Origin: an uncultured delta proteobacterium
GTDB lineage: Bacteria > Myxococcota_A > Polyangia > Polyangiales > Polyangiaceae
DNA length: 64,000 bases
Direction: 5' to 3'
Assembly: GCA_963806225.1 (NCBI GenBank)
Contig: CAWDXG010000001.1
Span: forward strand, 1,408,001 to 1,472,000
The number at the start of each line of letters is the position of its first letter. Position 1 is the stretch's first letter. A model generated the notes under the pieces. The model was not told the origin of the DNA and did no database searches. It saw only the letters and a list, made by a program, of their open reading frames with translations. Both the position numbers and the translations under genes were made by a program. Shown piece by piece: positions 47,040 through 57,959 of this stretch.

Positions 47040-47603
47040 ATGTTTGCCGCGTTGTGTTGTCTGGTCGCCCTGACCGGTTGCGAGCTGGTCGCCGGGCCTC
47101 TGCCGGACCCCGTGCGCCCGGACTCCGGAGTGGCAGCGGCTGGAGGCAGCGCTGGTGCCGGTGGGAGTGCGGCGGCGGCAGGCACCGATGCAGGCTCGGG
47201 CGGAGCCACAGGTGGCCAGGCAGGGCAGGGCGGTAGCTCCGGTTGCCAGAGCCAGTGTGACTGCGACGGGGACGGGGCGAAGTCCGAAGCATGTGGTGGT
47301 GCCGACTGTGACGACCATGACCCCAAGGCGAAGCCCGGTCAATCCGCCTATTTCGCGAGCGCTTCGGCCAACCCCGCCGTGGGCTTCGACTACAACTGCA
47401 GCGGTAATCCCGACAGAAAGCCAGCGCTCTCCAAGCAGGTCAGCTGCAGTGGTGTCTCGCTGCTCAACTGCGACACGTCGACCCAGGGCTTCATCGATCA
47501 GCTACCCGCGTGTGGCCAGAGCGGGGGATGGGGCACCTGCAAGAAGGGCGCGGTCGCGTGCCAGCCCGACGTGCTCGAACAGCGCGTAATGCTCTGTCAT
47601 TGA
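47040..47603 (+). CDS. Small Cys-rich lipoprotein with putative metal-binding motif (DCDD...PG...DYNC type)
   Basis: Lipobox LTGC, a Gly-rich tether, and 'CDCDGDG...GADCDDHDP..KPGQ..YF...FDYNCSG'. Alternative start at 47010. Confidence 0.75.
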   Translation: MFAALCCLVALTGCELVAGPLPDPVRPDSGVAAAGGSAGAGGSAAAAGTDAGSGGATGGQAGQGGSSGCQSQCDCDGDGAKSEACGGADCDDHDPKAKPGQSAYFASASANPAVGFDYNCSGNPDRKPALSKQVSCSGVSLLNCDTSTQGFIDQLPACGQSGGWGTCKKGAVACQPDVLEQRVMLCH

Positions 47604-47639
47604 GTAGCGCGCTTTTTCACCGATGCCCAGGCCCGCCCG

Positions 47640-48476
47640 CTACCCCAGCGCGGCGCCGATCGCGTCCAGCACGCTTTGAGGCCGCTCGATGTGCGGCGCG
47701 TGGCCGACGCCGGAGAGGAACGACGCTTCCGTGCGCGGCAGCCGCGCCGCGAGCTCGCGAGCCACGCCTACCGGGACCAGCTGGTCCTCCTCGCCGTGGA
47801 CGATCCACGCCGGCGCCTGGATGCGCGGCAACACGCGCGCTGTGGTCTCGATGTGCAGTCCGGAGAGCAGCCGGCGCATGAAGCGCGCGCGGCCCCGGAT
47901 GTGCCAGCCGCGGAAGTAGCGCTCGATCACGTCCTGGGACGGGTGGAAGCGCCGCGCGAAGGTGCTGCGCATGACCGTGCGCCGCACCGGATCCGACGAA
48001 CCGATCGCCGGCATCAGCTCTCCGACCGGCGGCACTTTGAGCGGCGTGAGCGCGAGCGGAAAGGGGAAGTCGAGCGCCGCTGCGCCCACCAGCACCATCG
48101 CCCGCACCCGCGCCGGATGCGCCGCTGCTAGCTCCAGCGTGCACGTGCCGCCGAGCGACCAGCCCACCACCACTGCGCTCTCGACCTCCGCCGCGTCGAG
48201 ATAGGCCGCGACCCACTCGCAGAGCTCGCGCTGGTCCGGCGTCCCGTCGGGGATGTCCGTCAGCCCGTGCCCGAGCAGATCGAGCGCATGCGTCCGCACG
48301 TGCGGCAGAGCCGCTTGCAGGTCGTGCCACGTGCTGGCGTTGTCCGTCACGCCGTGCAGCAGCACCACGTCCGGACCCTGTCCGCGCACGACAGCGTGTA
48401 CGGCGCCGCGGCGCGTTTCCACCATGGAACCGGACCGGTAGCGCTGGTCGCGGCGGGCGGCGTCGAGCGTGAGCAT
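47640..48476 (-). CDS. Alpha/beta fold hydrolase
   Basis: Motifs 'LLHG', 'DLLGHG', nucleophile GWSLGG, 'HGEEDQLVP' and 'GHAPHIE.P'. Confidence 0.93.
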   Translation of the reverse strand: MLTLDAARRDQRYRSGSMVETRRGAVHAVVRGQGPDVVLLHGVTDNASTWHDLQAALPHVRTHALDLLGHGLTDIPDGTPDQRELCEWVAAYLDAAEVESAVVVGWSLGGTCTLELAAAHPARVRAMVLVGAAALDFPFPLALTPLKVPPVGELMPAIGSSDPVRRTVMRSTFARRFHPSQDVIERYFRGWHIRGRARFMRRLLSGLHIETTARVLPRIQAPAWIVHGEEDQLVPVGVARELAARLPRTEASFLSGVGHAPHIERPQSVLDAIGAALG

Positions 48477-48565
48477 GGGCGCAGAGGATAGCAGAAGCTG
48501 GGGGTGACGGCGCGCGCCCACGTGGGTCGCGCCGCGACAAAGCCGCGGACCACGAGCGGGCTCGT

Positions 48566-48742
48566 TCACTCGCCGCGCGGCTCGAACACAACGTCCGCCG
48601 TCTCGACGAGTAGCTCGAAGCCCAGCCGCTGGTACAGGCCGGTGGACGTCGCGTTGTCGAGATCGGCGTACAGCGTGCAGAAGTCCTTGCCTCGCTCGAA
48701 TGCCAGCAGGCAGGCGCGGGCGACCGCGCTGCCGGCGTAGCC
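48566..48742 (-). pseudogene. 3' remnant of a GNAT acetyltransferase
   Basis: 'GYAGSAVA...CTLYADLDNATSTGLYQRLGF' is the GNAT C-terminal half. The N-terminal part is missing, and the kinase stop lies about 25 bp upstream. Confidence 0.75.
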
Positions 48743-48767
48743 CGTCGCCGTCACAGAGTCTGCGCCG

Positions 48768-51089
48768 CTACGTCGCCCTGCCACTGTCCAGCGCCTCGCG
48801 GACCCTTTTCACGAGGTCAGCGGCGGTGAACGGCTTCGGCAGGAAGTGGACCCCTGGTTCGAGCACGCCCTGCTGGACGAGCCCCGCGTCGCTGTAGCCC
48901 GACGTGTAGAGGACCCGGAGCGCCGGCCGCGTCTGCAGGAGCTCTTGTGCGAGCTCCATTCCGCTCATCGACGGCATGACCATGTCGGTCAGGAGCAGAT
49001 GGATGTCGTCCCCGTGCTGCGCGCAGATCGCGATCGCCTCGGGCCCGCCTGCGGCGGTCAGTACCGTGTAGCCGGCTGCGCCCAGGATCCTTCTGGCCAC
49101 CCTGCGCAGTGCCTTCTCGTCCTCGACCACGAGGATCGTCTCGGTTCCAGTCCGCACCGAGGTCGGCGGGCGTTCGCTGGGCGGCACGACAGAGGACTCG
49201 AGCTCCCGCGGCAGATACACCTTGAACGTCGTTCCCCGGCCAGGCTCGCTGTAGACCCAGATGGAGCCGCCGCTCTGCGTCACGATGCCGTGCACCGTGG
49301 AAAGGCCCAGGCCCGTCCCTTTGCCCTTGTCCTTGGTGGTGAAGAACGGATCGAAGATGTGGGTCCGGGTCGCCTCGTCCATGCCCGAGCCCGTGTCGCT
49401 GACCGAAAGCATGACGTAGGGCCCGGGCTCTACGGCCGCGTGAAGCGCGACGTACGTCTCGTCGATCTCCACGTTGGACGTCTCGATGGTGAGCCGGCCG
49501 CCGTCGGGCATGGCGTCGCGGGCGTTCACCACGAGGTTCATGAGCACCTGCTCGAGCTGACCTGGATCGGCCCGGACCAGCCCGAGCGTGGATTGGGGGG
49601 CCCACACCAGCTCGATGTCCTCGCCGATGATCCGGCGCAGCATGTTCTCCATGTCGCCGAGCACCTGGTTCAGGTCGAGAGCCACTGGCTGCAGCACCTG
49701 CTTGCGACCGAACGCGAGGAGCTGGCGCGTGAGCGCCGCGGCTCGCTCGCCGGCCCCGGTCACCTCGAGCAGGTCGTCTTTCAGCGGGTCGCCGTCCCGC
49801 AACTGTTCCAGCGCGAGCGCTGTGTAGCTCAGGATGACCGTGACGAGGTTGTTGAAGTCGTGGGCGACGCCGCCGGCGAGGCGCCCGATGCTCTCCATCC
49901 TCTGGGCCTGCAGGAACTGCGCCTCCAGCACGAGCCTCGCGCTGATGTCCCGCTCCACGGCGACGTAGCTCGTGATCGCCCCGGCCCCCTCGCGCACGGG
50001 CGAGATGGTCGCCTCGGCGGTGTAGAGCGTGCCGTCCTTCTTCTTGTTGACCATGCGTCCGTGCCAGGTCCCGCCGCCGCTGATGGTCGCCCACATCGCG
50101 CGGTAGAACGCGTCGTCCTGAACGCCGCTCTTGAGCAGGCGCGGACTCTGGCCGAGGACCTCCGCGTGCGCGTAGCCGGTTACGGTTTCGAAGGCCGGGT
50201 TGGCGTAGACGATGTTTCCGCTGGCGTTGGTGACGACCACCATCTCCGCGGTCTGCTCGATCGCCCTCATCAACCGATTGCGCTCGATCTCGACCCGTTT
50301 CCAGGCGGTGATGTCACGGATGTTGCACTGGATCACGTTCTGGTTGTCGACACGATAGACATTGCTGACGAACTCAACGTCGATGCGGCGTCCGTCGCGG
50401 GCCTTCAGCGGAAGATGCTCGTAGCGGACGTACTTTTCCGTCTGCAACGTGACAAACGCCTCCCGCGAAGCAGCGATGTCCTTGAACGCGCCGATCTCCC
50501 ACAGATGCCTGCCCAGGAACTCCTCGTGCGAGTAGCCTGTCAACTGCTCCAGAAACGGATTGACGTCGACGATGCAGCCGGAGTCCGCGTCGAGAATCAG
50601 GATACCGTCCTTGGCTGACTCGAACAGGCGGCGGTAGCGCTTCTCCGATGCTTCGAGCACGTTGGCTGCCCGCTTTTGCTCGGTGATGTCCTCGAACAGA
50701 CCGAGCACGGCGATCACCTCGCCGGCGGCGTTCCTGACCGGCGTCTTGAAGGTGCGGACCCAGTACTCCTTTCCCTGGGCGACGTATCGCTCCTCCATGT
50801 CCTTGGCTTGTCCCGATTCGATCACCGCGCGATCGTCGGCCCGGTACTTGTCGGCCAGCTCGGCCGGAACGAGAGCGAAGTCGTCCTTGCCCACGACCTG
50901 CTCGGGCGTGCGGCCGAGGCTGGCCGCGAGGGGCGAGTTGATAGCGAGGTAGACCGAGCTGCAATCCTTCAGGAACAACTTCTGGGGAATGCTCTCGACG
51001 ATGGCGCGATGGATCGCCTCGCTGTCCCCGAGCGCCTGCAGCGCAGCGTGAAGCGCGCCGTTTCCACTGGATGGCTCGTCTTTCCCCAT
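48768..51089 (-). CDS. Cytoplasmic hybrid sensor histidine kinase (3 PAS domains, HisKA, HATPase, receiver)
   Basis: Three PAS/PAC units. '[10 protein letters not shown]', '[11 protein letters not shown]', '[15 protein letters not shown]'. Receiver 'ILVVEDE...LTDMVMP...KPF'. No TM helix. Confidence 0.95.
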   Translation of the reverse strand: MGKDEPSSGNGALHAALQALGDSEAIHRAIVESIPQKLFLKDCSSVYLAINSPLAASLGRTPEQVVGKDDFALVPAELADKYRADDRAVIESGQAKDMEERYVAQGKEYWVRTFKTPVRNAAGEVIAVLGLFEDITEQKRAANVLEASEKRYRRLFESAKDGILILDADSGCIVDVNPFLEQLTGYSHEEFLGRHLWEIGAFKDIAASREAFVTLQTEKYVRYEHLPLKARDGRRIDVEFVSNVYRVDNQNVIQCNIRDITAWKRVEIERNRLMRAIEQTAEMVVVTNASGNIVYANPAFETVTGYAHAEVLGQSPRLLKSGVQDDAFYRAMWATISGGGTWHGRMVNKKKDGTLYTAEATISPVREGAGAITSYVAVERDISARLVLEAQFLQAQRMESIGRLAGGVAHDFNNLVTVILSYTALALEQLRDGDPLKDDLLEVTGAGERAAALTRQLLAFGRKQVLQPVALDLNQVLGDMENMLRRIIGEDIELVWAPQSTLGLVRADPGQLEQVLMNLVVNARDAMPDGGRLTIETSNVEIDETYVALHAAVEPGPYVMLSVSDTGSGMDEATRTHIFDPFFTTKDKGKGTGLGLSTVHGIVTQSGGSIWVYSEPGRGTTFKVYLPRELESSVVPPSERPPTSVRTGTETILVVEDEKALRRVARRILGAAGYTVLTAAGGPEAIAICAQHGDDIHLLLTDMVMPSMSGMELAQELLQTRPALRVLYTSGYSDAGLVQQGVLEPGVHFLPKPFTAADLVKRVREALDSGRAT

Positions 51090-51287
51090 CGCTCCGTTCC
51101 CTCGCCGATCGAGCTGCCTTCCGCCGGGCGCCGGATCCGTCCGCCCGAATCGGGGTCCGCCCTTGACCGGGAATCCTACCCACTTTCGCCCGGCTGCGCC
51201 CGGATTTGCACAGGGCAGCGCGCAACTGCAGGGTCAGGCCGAAACGCCCCGCCCGCACCGGCCGGGCCCGACGTCGCCTCCGCCGCG

Positions 51288-51530
51288 TCACCCGGAGTAC
51301 GGCACGAAGCCGGACCATTCAATCCCGGCCTGGGCGGTGGCGCAGAGCATCTCGCGGCCTTGACGGGGATGTACATGCCGGTCAGGGGCTGGCTGGGGAG
51401 CAGGTAGCCGACGTTCTCGCCGGAGCCATTGCAGCCCGAGGCGCTGGGAGCCACGTACAGGACGGAGCTGACGGCGCCCGAGGCGATGGCGTCGGTGAGC
51501 ACGAACGGCCCGTCGACCAGATGGTCGCCT
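51288..51530 (-). pseudogene. Probable 3' remnant of an unknown gene
   Basis: Reads 'HLVDGPFVLTDA...LTGMYIPVK-(shift)-EMLCAT...WSGFVPYSG*' with coding-like codons. It has no room for a start because it abuts the HMGR stop. Confidence 0.45.
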
Positions 51531-51544
51531 CGTCGGCGCCCTGA

Positions 51545-52856
<1,312 letters not shown>

Positions 52857-52863
52857 CGTCTTT

Positions 52864-53754
52864 CTAGCTGGAGACGGCGTGCACGCCTCGCGCGCCGAGG
52901 GAGAGATCGAGTCGGTGGTGTCCGAGCTCGCGTGCGAGCGCGGACAGCGCGGCCGAGGGCGGCGCTACCCCCACGAAGAGTGTCACGTCGCCACCGCCCG
53001 CGCCGGAGGGCAACACCGCGCCGCGCTCGCGCACGGCCTGCTCGGCGAGGCGGCGCACTTCCGCCGTGACGATCGGCGCGCCGGCGGCGTCGCCGAGATT
53101 GGCGAGGGCCGCGCACTGCAAGGCGAGGGCCGTCACGAACAGAGCGGCATCACCTTCATCCAGAGCCTGCACGGCATGTTCGCTGGCATGTCGCTGCGGC
53201 GTGGAAAGCGCCTGGTAGCGCGCTGCGTCGAGGGCGCGCACGCGCCCGAGCAGTTCTGCGGTGGAAGCGGGCTGGCCCGCGGTCCAGACCTCGACGTGCA
53301 ACGCGGCGGGCAGCGCGACCGCACGCAGCTGCAAGCCGTCCGCGCGCTGCGCGACCAGCGTGCCGCCGCGGCAGCTCGCGGCCACGTCGATGCCGCTGCC
53401 GCCGCCCTGCGCCTGGGCGTGCGCGGCGAGCGCCGGCGCGAGCACGGCGTCGCAGAGTGCGTCGTGATCGAGCGGGCCGTGCGCTTCGAGCGCGATGGCG
53501 GCGAGCGACGCGACCAGGATCGCGGCACTGGAGCCGAGGCCGAGCTTTTCTCCGCCTTCGCGCAGCGCGGAGGCATCGAACCAGGGCGCGGGGCGCGCGC
53601 CGATCGCTGCTTCGACCTCGGGCGTGATGCGCTCGGCGGGCCGGCTGCTGTCGGCCAAGGCGTAGCGATCGACGGCGCTGACGATGGCCGGCGCGCCGTC
53701 CAGCACGGCGTACGCGCCGGACAGCACGAGCTTGCCGGGCGCGCGGGCGATCAC
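52864..53754 (-). CDS. Phosphomevalonate kinase (GHMP family)
   Basis: GTG overlaps the mvaD stop. Motifs 'APGKLVLSG.YAVL', 'KLGLGSSAA', 'GSGIDVAAS' and 'SGAGGGD'. Operon position fits. Confidence 0.85.
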   Translation of the reverse strand: MIARAPGKLVLSGAYAVLDGAPAIVSAVDRYALADSSRPAERITPEVEAAIGARPAPWFDASALREGGEKLGLGSSAAILVASLAAIALEAHGPLDHDALCDAVLAPALAAHAQAQGGGSGIDVAASCRGGTLVAQRADGLQLRAVALPAALHVEVWTAGQPASTAELLGRVRALDAARYQALSTPQRHASEHAVQALDEGDAALFVTALALQCAALANLGDAAGAPIVTAEVRRLAEQAVRERGAVLPSGAGGGDVTLFVGVAPPSAALSALARELGHHRLDLSLGARGVHAVSS

Positions 53755-54728
53755 TCCGCGTCCCCCTCGACCAGGTGCGCGTCGGGTCCAGGTGCGCAGC
53801 GGATCACGCGCCCGACGCCGGGCACGTCGAACAGTGCGGCGGCCACGCTGGTGGCGTCGGCGGGCGCCGTGAGCACCTTGACGTGCGGGCCGGCGTCCAT
53901 GGTGTAGAAGGCTGGCGTGCCGCTCTGGCGCAGGGCGCGCACGCGCTCCATCACCGACAGCGTGACGGGCGAGAAGTAGAGGACGGCGGGGCGCGCCGCG
54001 AGCATCGAGGCGTGCATCATCAGCGCGCTCTGCTCGGCGGCGGCGCCGAGCGCTTCCAGATCGCGCGCGAGCACCGCGGCGCGCACCTCGTCGTAGAGCC
54101 GCGGCGCGTGCTCGACCCAGGCGGCGTAGTAGGGGCTGGTCGCCGCGGTGTGCTGCATGCCCTCGGTGGAGCCAATCGACTTGGGTCCGGTCGCCGTCAC
54201 CGCGACCAGCATCGCCACCGGGAAGTGGTCGGGCGGCGCGATGCGCTCGGCGGATTCGGCGCCGGCGCCCAGCGAGGCGAAGCCGCCGTAGACGGAGCGG
54301 GCCGCGCTGGCGCTGGAGGCGCGGCCGAGCGCGCTCACCTCGTCGGGCGTGGCGTCGAGGCCGGCGGCCTTCGTGGCGGCGAGCGCCAGCGCCGCGAAGC
54401 CGGACGCGCTGGAGGCGAGGCCCGCTGCCGTGGGGAAGTCGTTGTGCGACACGACGCGGGCGCGCGTTTCGAGGCCGGCGCGCGTGCGCACGCGGTCGAG
54501 CAGCTGGATGATGCGCGCCAGCGGACGTCCAGCGACGGGCTGGTCGTCGAGCCGCGCCTCGTCGCTCTCGAGCGCCGCGTCGAACTCCACGCTGGTGGTG
54601 GTGGAGAGCGCGTCGAGCGTGAGCGAGAGACTCGGCACGGCGGGCAGGTTCCGCTCCACGTCGGCCTTGCCCCAGTACTTGGCCAGGGCGATGTTCGAGT
54701 GGGCGACGGCGCGGGCCACGCGGCTCAT
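53751..54728 (-). CDS. mvaD: Diphosphomevalonate decarboxylase
   Basis: Motifs 'NIALAKYWGK', 'PTAAGLASSASG', 'SAARS' and 'TMDAGPHVK'. Confidence 0.95.
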   Translation of the reverse strand: MSRVARAVAHSNIALAKYWGKADVERNLPAVPSLSLTLDALSTTTSVEFDAALESDEARLDDQPVAGRPLARIIQLLDRVRTRAGLETRARVVSHNDFPTAAGLASSASGFAALALAATKAAGLDATPDEVSALGRASSASAARSVYGGFASLGAGAESAERIAPPDHFPVAMLVAVTATGPKSIGSTEGMQHTAATSPYYAAWVEHAPRLYDEVRAAVLARDLEALGAAAEQSALMMHASMLAARPAVLYFSPVTLSVMERVRALRQSGTPAFYTMDAGPHVKVLTAPADATSVAAALFDVPGVGRVIRCAPGPDAHLVEGDAE

Positions 54729-55612
54729 GCTGCCGGCTCCCGCGCGTGCACCACGGCCTCGAAGCACTCGAGGCCGCGGGACTTCCACGCTTCGAGCACC
54801 GGGCCCGCGTCTTCTTCAACCAGCGCGACCACGCAGCCGCCGCCGCCCGCGCCGGTGAGCTTCGCGCCGAGCGCGCCGGCGTCGCGCGCGACGCGGCAGG
54901 CGTTCTCGATCTCCTCCGTCGACAGGAACAGCCCGCTCAAGAGCATCTGGTTCAGATCCATCAGGCGGCCGAGGCCGGTGGTGTCGCCGCTCTCCAGGCA
55001 CAGGCGCGCGTTCTTCACGAGTGACAGGATTCCGTCGGCGGTCTTGTCGAAGAGCTCCCGCTTGCGGTCGCGCAGTCTCGCCACGCCCTCCACCATCTCG
55101 CGTGTGCTCGCCGGCGGACCGGCCACGGCAATGGCCAGCCGCAGCGGATCGATCAGCCGGATGGGCGTGGGGCCGTCGGCGCGGGTGAAGTAGATACAGC
55201 CGCCGTGCGCGGCGGCGGCGGCGTCGATGCCCGACGGGTTGCCGTGGAAGACGCGCTCCCACGCGGTGGCGGCTTCGATCACGTCGCCCGCGCCGCCGGC
55301 GTCGAGGACGGCGCGCGCGATGGCGACGCCGATGGCGGCCGAGGCGCCCAGCCCGGAGCCGGCCGGGATCTCCAGCTCGACCTCGACGGCGAGCGGCGGT
55401 GCGCCGAGCACGTCCGAGAGCGCGGAAAAGGCGCGGGCGATCTCGCTGTCGCTGGCGGGATCGACGCTTTCGTTGCCGAGCTTCAGCGAGGCCTTTCCAG
55501 CGGGGCGCGCGACGGCGCTGGCGCCGCGGTCGATGCCTGCGGCGATGGCGGGCACGCCGTACACGACGGTGTGTTCGCCGAGCAGGATCACCTTGCCGTT
55601 CGCGTGCGCCAT
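54725..55612 (-). CDS. mvk: Mevalonate kinase
   Basis: Motifs 'GKVILLGEH.VVYG.PAIA', 'P.GSGLGASAA', 'HGNPSGID' and 'AKLTGAGGGG'. Confidence 0.93.
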   Translation of the reverse strand: MAHANGKVILLGEHTVVYGVPAIAAGIDRGASAVARPAGKASLKLGNESVDPASDSEIARAFSALSDVLGAPPLAVEVELEIPAGSGLGASAAIGVAIARAVLDAGGAGDVIEAATAWERVFHGNPSGIDAAAAAHGGCIYFTRADGPTPIRLIDPLRLAIAVAGPPASTREMVEGVARLRDRKRELFDKTADGILSLVKNARLCLESGDTTGLGRLMDLNQMLLSGLFLSTEEIENACRVARDAGALGAKLTGAGGGGCVVALVEEDAGPVLEAWKSRGLECFEAVVHAREPAA

Positions 55613-55649
55613 CCCTTTGTTGCTGCCGGACGTTTCGCTAGCCGTTGGG

Positions 55650-56765
55650 TTACCTCTGGCGGGCGGTGAGCGCGTGGGCGGCTCCGACGAGCAGTTCCTT
55701 GCCCTCGGGCGTGATGCGCCCGGCCTTCAGCGCGACCAGCGCGCTGGTGTACAGCTCGTCGATGCGCTCTTCGATCACCTGCCGAGCTCCGGAGCGTTCC
55801 AGCACGTCGACGGCGCGGCGGATCTGCGCGTCGGTCGCGCGCGCGTTGCCGACCACGCTCTTGAGCGTCCGGTGATCCCGCCCCTTGGCGCGGCGCAGCG
55901 CGGCGAGCAGCAGCGCGGTGCGCTTGCCGCTCTTCAGATCGCTGCCGAAGGGCTTGCCGGTCTGCGCCGGATCGCCGAAGGCGCTCAAGAGGTCGTCGCG
56001 CATCTGGAACGCCACGCCGATGGGCAGTGCGAAGCGATCGAGCGTGGTGATCACTCGCGGCGAGGCGCCGGCCATGAGCGCGCCGACCCGCAGCGGGCCG
56101 CGCACGGTGTAGCTGCCCGTCTTGAGCTCGTAGGTTTTCTCCACGTCGCGGGCGCGGCCGATCAGGTCCAGCTGCTGGCCCGTCACCGCGTCGAGCTGCA
56201 TGCGCGCGAAGTTGGCGAACACGCGCGGCGCGTAGGCCGGCTTCATGTCGACGCGCGCGAGCGCCTCGGCGGCGAGCGCCGCGGCGTAGTCGCCGGCCAG
56301 GATCCCGGAGGCGTGACCGATGCGTTGCGAGCGGAAGCGCTTGGCGAGCAGGGCGTGCACGGCGGGACCGCCGCGCCGCACGGTGTCGCGATCCATCCAG
56401 TCGTCGTGGATCAGGAAGTAGGCCTGCAGGAGCTCGAGCGCCACGCCCGCGTCGAGAGCGGGCTCCAGATCCGCCGTCGCGCTGGCGGCGCGGTAGCCCG
56501 CGACGAGCAGCGCGGGCCTGAGCCGTTTGCCTCCGCGCAGGCACAGGTCCCGCGTGGCCGAGACCATTTCCAGCACCTCGGCGCCGTAGGGCTTGGCGGC
56601 GTCCAGCTTGGCGTCGAGGAAGCCCCCGAGGCGCGCGTCGATGTCCTTCCGGATCTCCTCGAGCATGGCCACGAACGGGTTGCCCGGAATGGCCTTGGCG
56701 TGCGATCGGCCGGAACGCCCGCCCCGGCCGCGTCGCCCGCTGGAACTCCCCGTCCTGGAAGGCAT
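55650..56765 (-). CDS. Short-chain trans-prenyl diphosphate synthase
   Basis: Motifs 'GGKRLRP', FARM 'HDDWMD...RRG', 'GQQLD', 'LKTG.Y' and SARM 'FQMRDD'. GGAG RBS before ATG 56765. Confidence 0.93.
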   Translation of the reverse strand: MPSRTGSSSGRRGRGGRSGRSHAKAIPGNPFVAMLEEIRKDIDARLGGFLDAKLDAAKPYGAEVLEMVSATRDLCLRGGKRLRPALLVAGYRAASATADLEPALDAGVALELLQAYFLIHDDWMDRDTVRRGGPAVHALLAKRFRSQRIGHASGILAGDYAAALAAEALARVDMKPAYAPRVFANFARMQLDAVTGQQLDLIGRARDVEKTYELKTGSYTVRGPLRVGALMAGASPRVITTLDRFALPIGVAFQMRDDLLSAFGDPAQTGKPFGSDLKSGKRTALLLAALRRAKGRDHRTLKSVVGNARATDAQIRRAVDVLERSGARQVIEERIDELYTSALVALKAGRITPEGKELLVGAAHALTARQR

Positions 56766-56777
56766 TTTTCTCCGCGC

Positions 56778-56806
56778 AGCGTAGGGTCGGGTCCGGGTCG
56801 TGTCAA
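56778..56806 (-). promoter_or_regulatory. Sigma70-type promoter for the prenyl synthase-mevalonate operon
   Basis: Minus strand TTGACA-N17-TACGCT directly upstream of the RBS and ATG at 56765. Confidence 0.7.
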
Positions 56807-56883
56807 CATGCCCTCCGGCGCAAAAAGCCGCGGAATGCCTTGCTTTTGGCCGGGATCCGGGGCTCGCTCGGCGAAGAGCAGCC

Positions 56884-57945
56884 ATGGCCGACATCTCCTC
56901 GCGCAAAGACGACCATCTGGATCTGGCGACGCATGGCGACGTCGGCTTCCGCCGCACCACGACGCTCTTCGAGTGCGTGCGGCTGGTGCACAACGCCCTG
57001 CCCGAGCTCGACTTCGAGAGCCTCGATCTGTCCGTGCGGATCCTGGGCAAGCGGCTGAAGGCACCGTTGCTGATCGCCGGCATGACCGGCGGTACCGATC
57101 GGGCGCGCGACATCAACCGCGAGCTGGCCTCGATCGCGGAGGAGCGCGGCTACGCGTTCGGGCTGGGCAGCCAGCGCGCCATGCTCAAGCGAAAGCAGAC
57201 CGCGTCCAGCTACCAGGTGCGGGACGTGGCGCCGAACGTGCTCTTGCTGGGCAACATCGGCGTCGTCCAGGCGGCGAAGATGAGCACGGACGAGCTGGCC
57301 GCGCTGGTCGGCGAGGTGGGCGCCGATGCGCTGTGCGTGCATCTGAATCCGGCGATGGAGCTGGTGCAGAAGGAAGGCGATCGCGATTTCCGCGGCGGGC
57401 TCGATACGCTGGCGCGCCTTTCGCGCGAGCTGCCGGTGCCGGTGGTGGCCAAGGAGACGGGCTCGGGGCTGTCACCCGACGTGGCGCGCCGGCTCGCCGG
57501 AGCGGGCGTCAGGCACGTCGACGTGTCGGGCGCGGGCGGCACGTCCTGGGTTGCCGTGGAAACCGAGCGCGCGAGCGCGGAGCGGCGCGGCCTCGGCGAG
57601 GCCTTCCGCGAGTGGGGGATCCCCACGGCGGCGAGCGTGGCGCTGGTCGAGCCGTTCGGCTTCGACACGGTGTTCGCGACGGGCGGGGTGTCGACCGGGC
57701 TGGAAGTGGCCAAGGCCATCGTGCTCGGCGCCAGCGCGGGGGGCATCGCGCGGCGCGTGCTGCAGGCCCTGGATCAAGGCGGCCGCGACGGCGCGCTGTC
57801 GATGCTCGACCAGGTGGAGACGGAGCTCCGCATGGCGATGCTGCTGGTCGGCGCCGCCGACGTGGCCACGCTCCGCACGCGGCCCCGGCTGCTGCTCGGC
57901 GAGCTCCACGCGTGGGTCGAGCAGGTCGGCGGGAGGGCGTGCTAG
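56884..57945 (+). CDS. fni: Type 2 isopentenyl-diphosphate delta-isomerase (FMN-dependent)
   Basis: Motifs 'RKDDHL', 'HNALPE', 'GMTGG', 'GSQR', 'HLNP..EL.Q.EGD', 'KETG.G' and 'GAGGTSW..VE'. Confidence 0.96.
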   Translation: MADISSRKDDHLDLATHGDVGFRRTTTLFECVRLVHNALPELDFESLDLSVRILGKRLKAPLLIAGMTGGTDRARDINRELASIAEERGYAFGLGSQRAMLKRKQTASSYQVRDVAPNVLLLGNIGVVQAAKMSTDELAALVGEVGADALCVHLNPAMELVQKEGDRDFRGGLDTLARLSRELPVPVVAKETGSGLSPDVARRLAGAGVRHVDVSGAGGTSWVAVETERASAERRGLGEAFREWGIPTAASVALVEPFGFDTVFATGGVSTGLEVAKAIVLGASAGGIARRVLQALDQGGRDGALSMLDQVETELRMAMLLVGAADVATLRTRPRLLLGELHAWVEQVGGRAC

Positions 57946-57959
57946 CGTCCCCGGCAACG

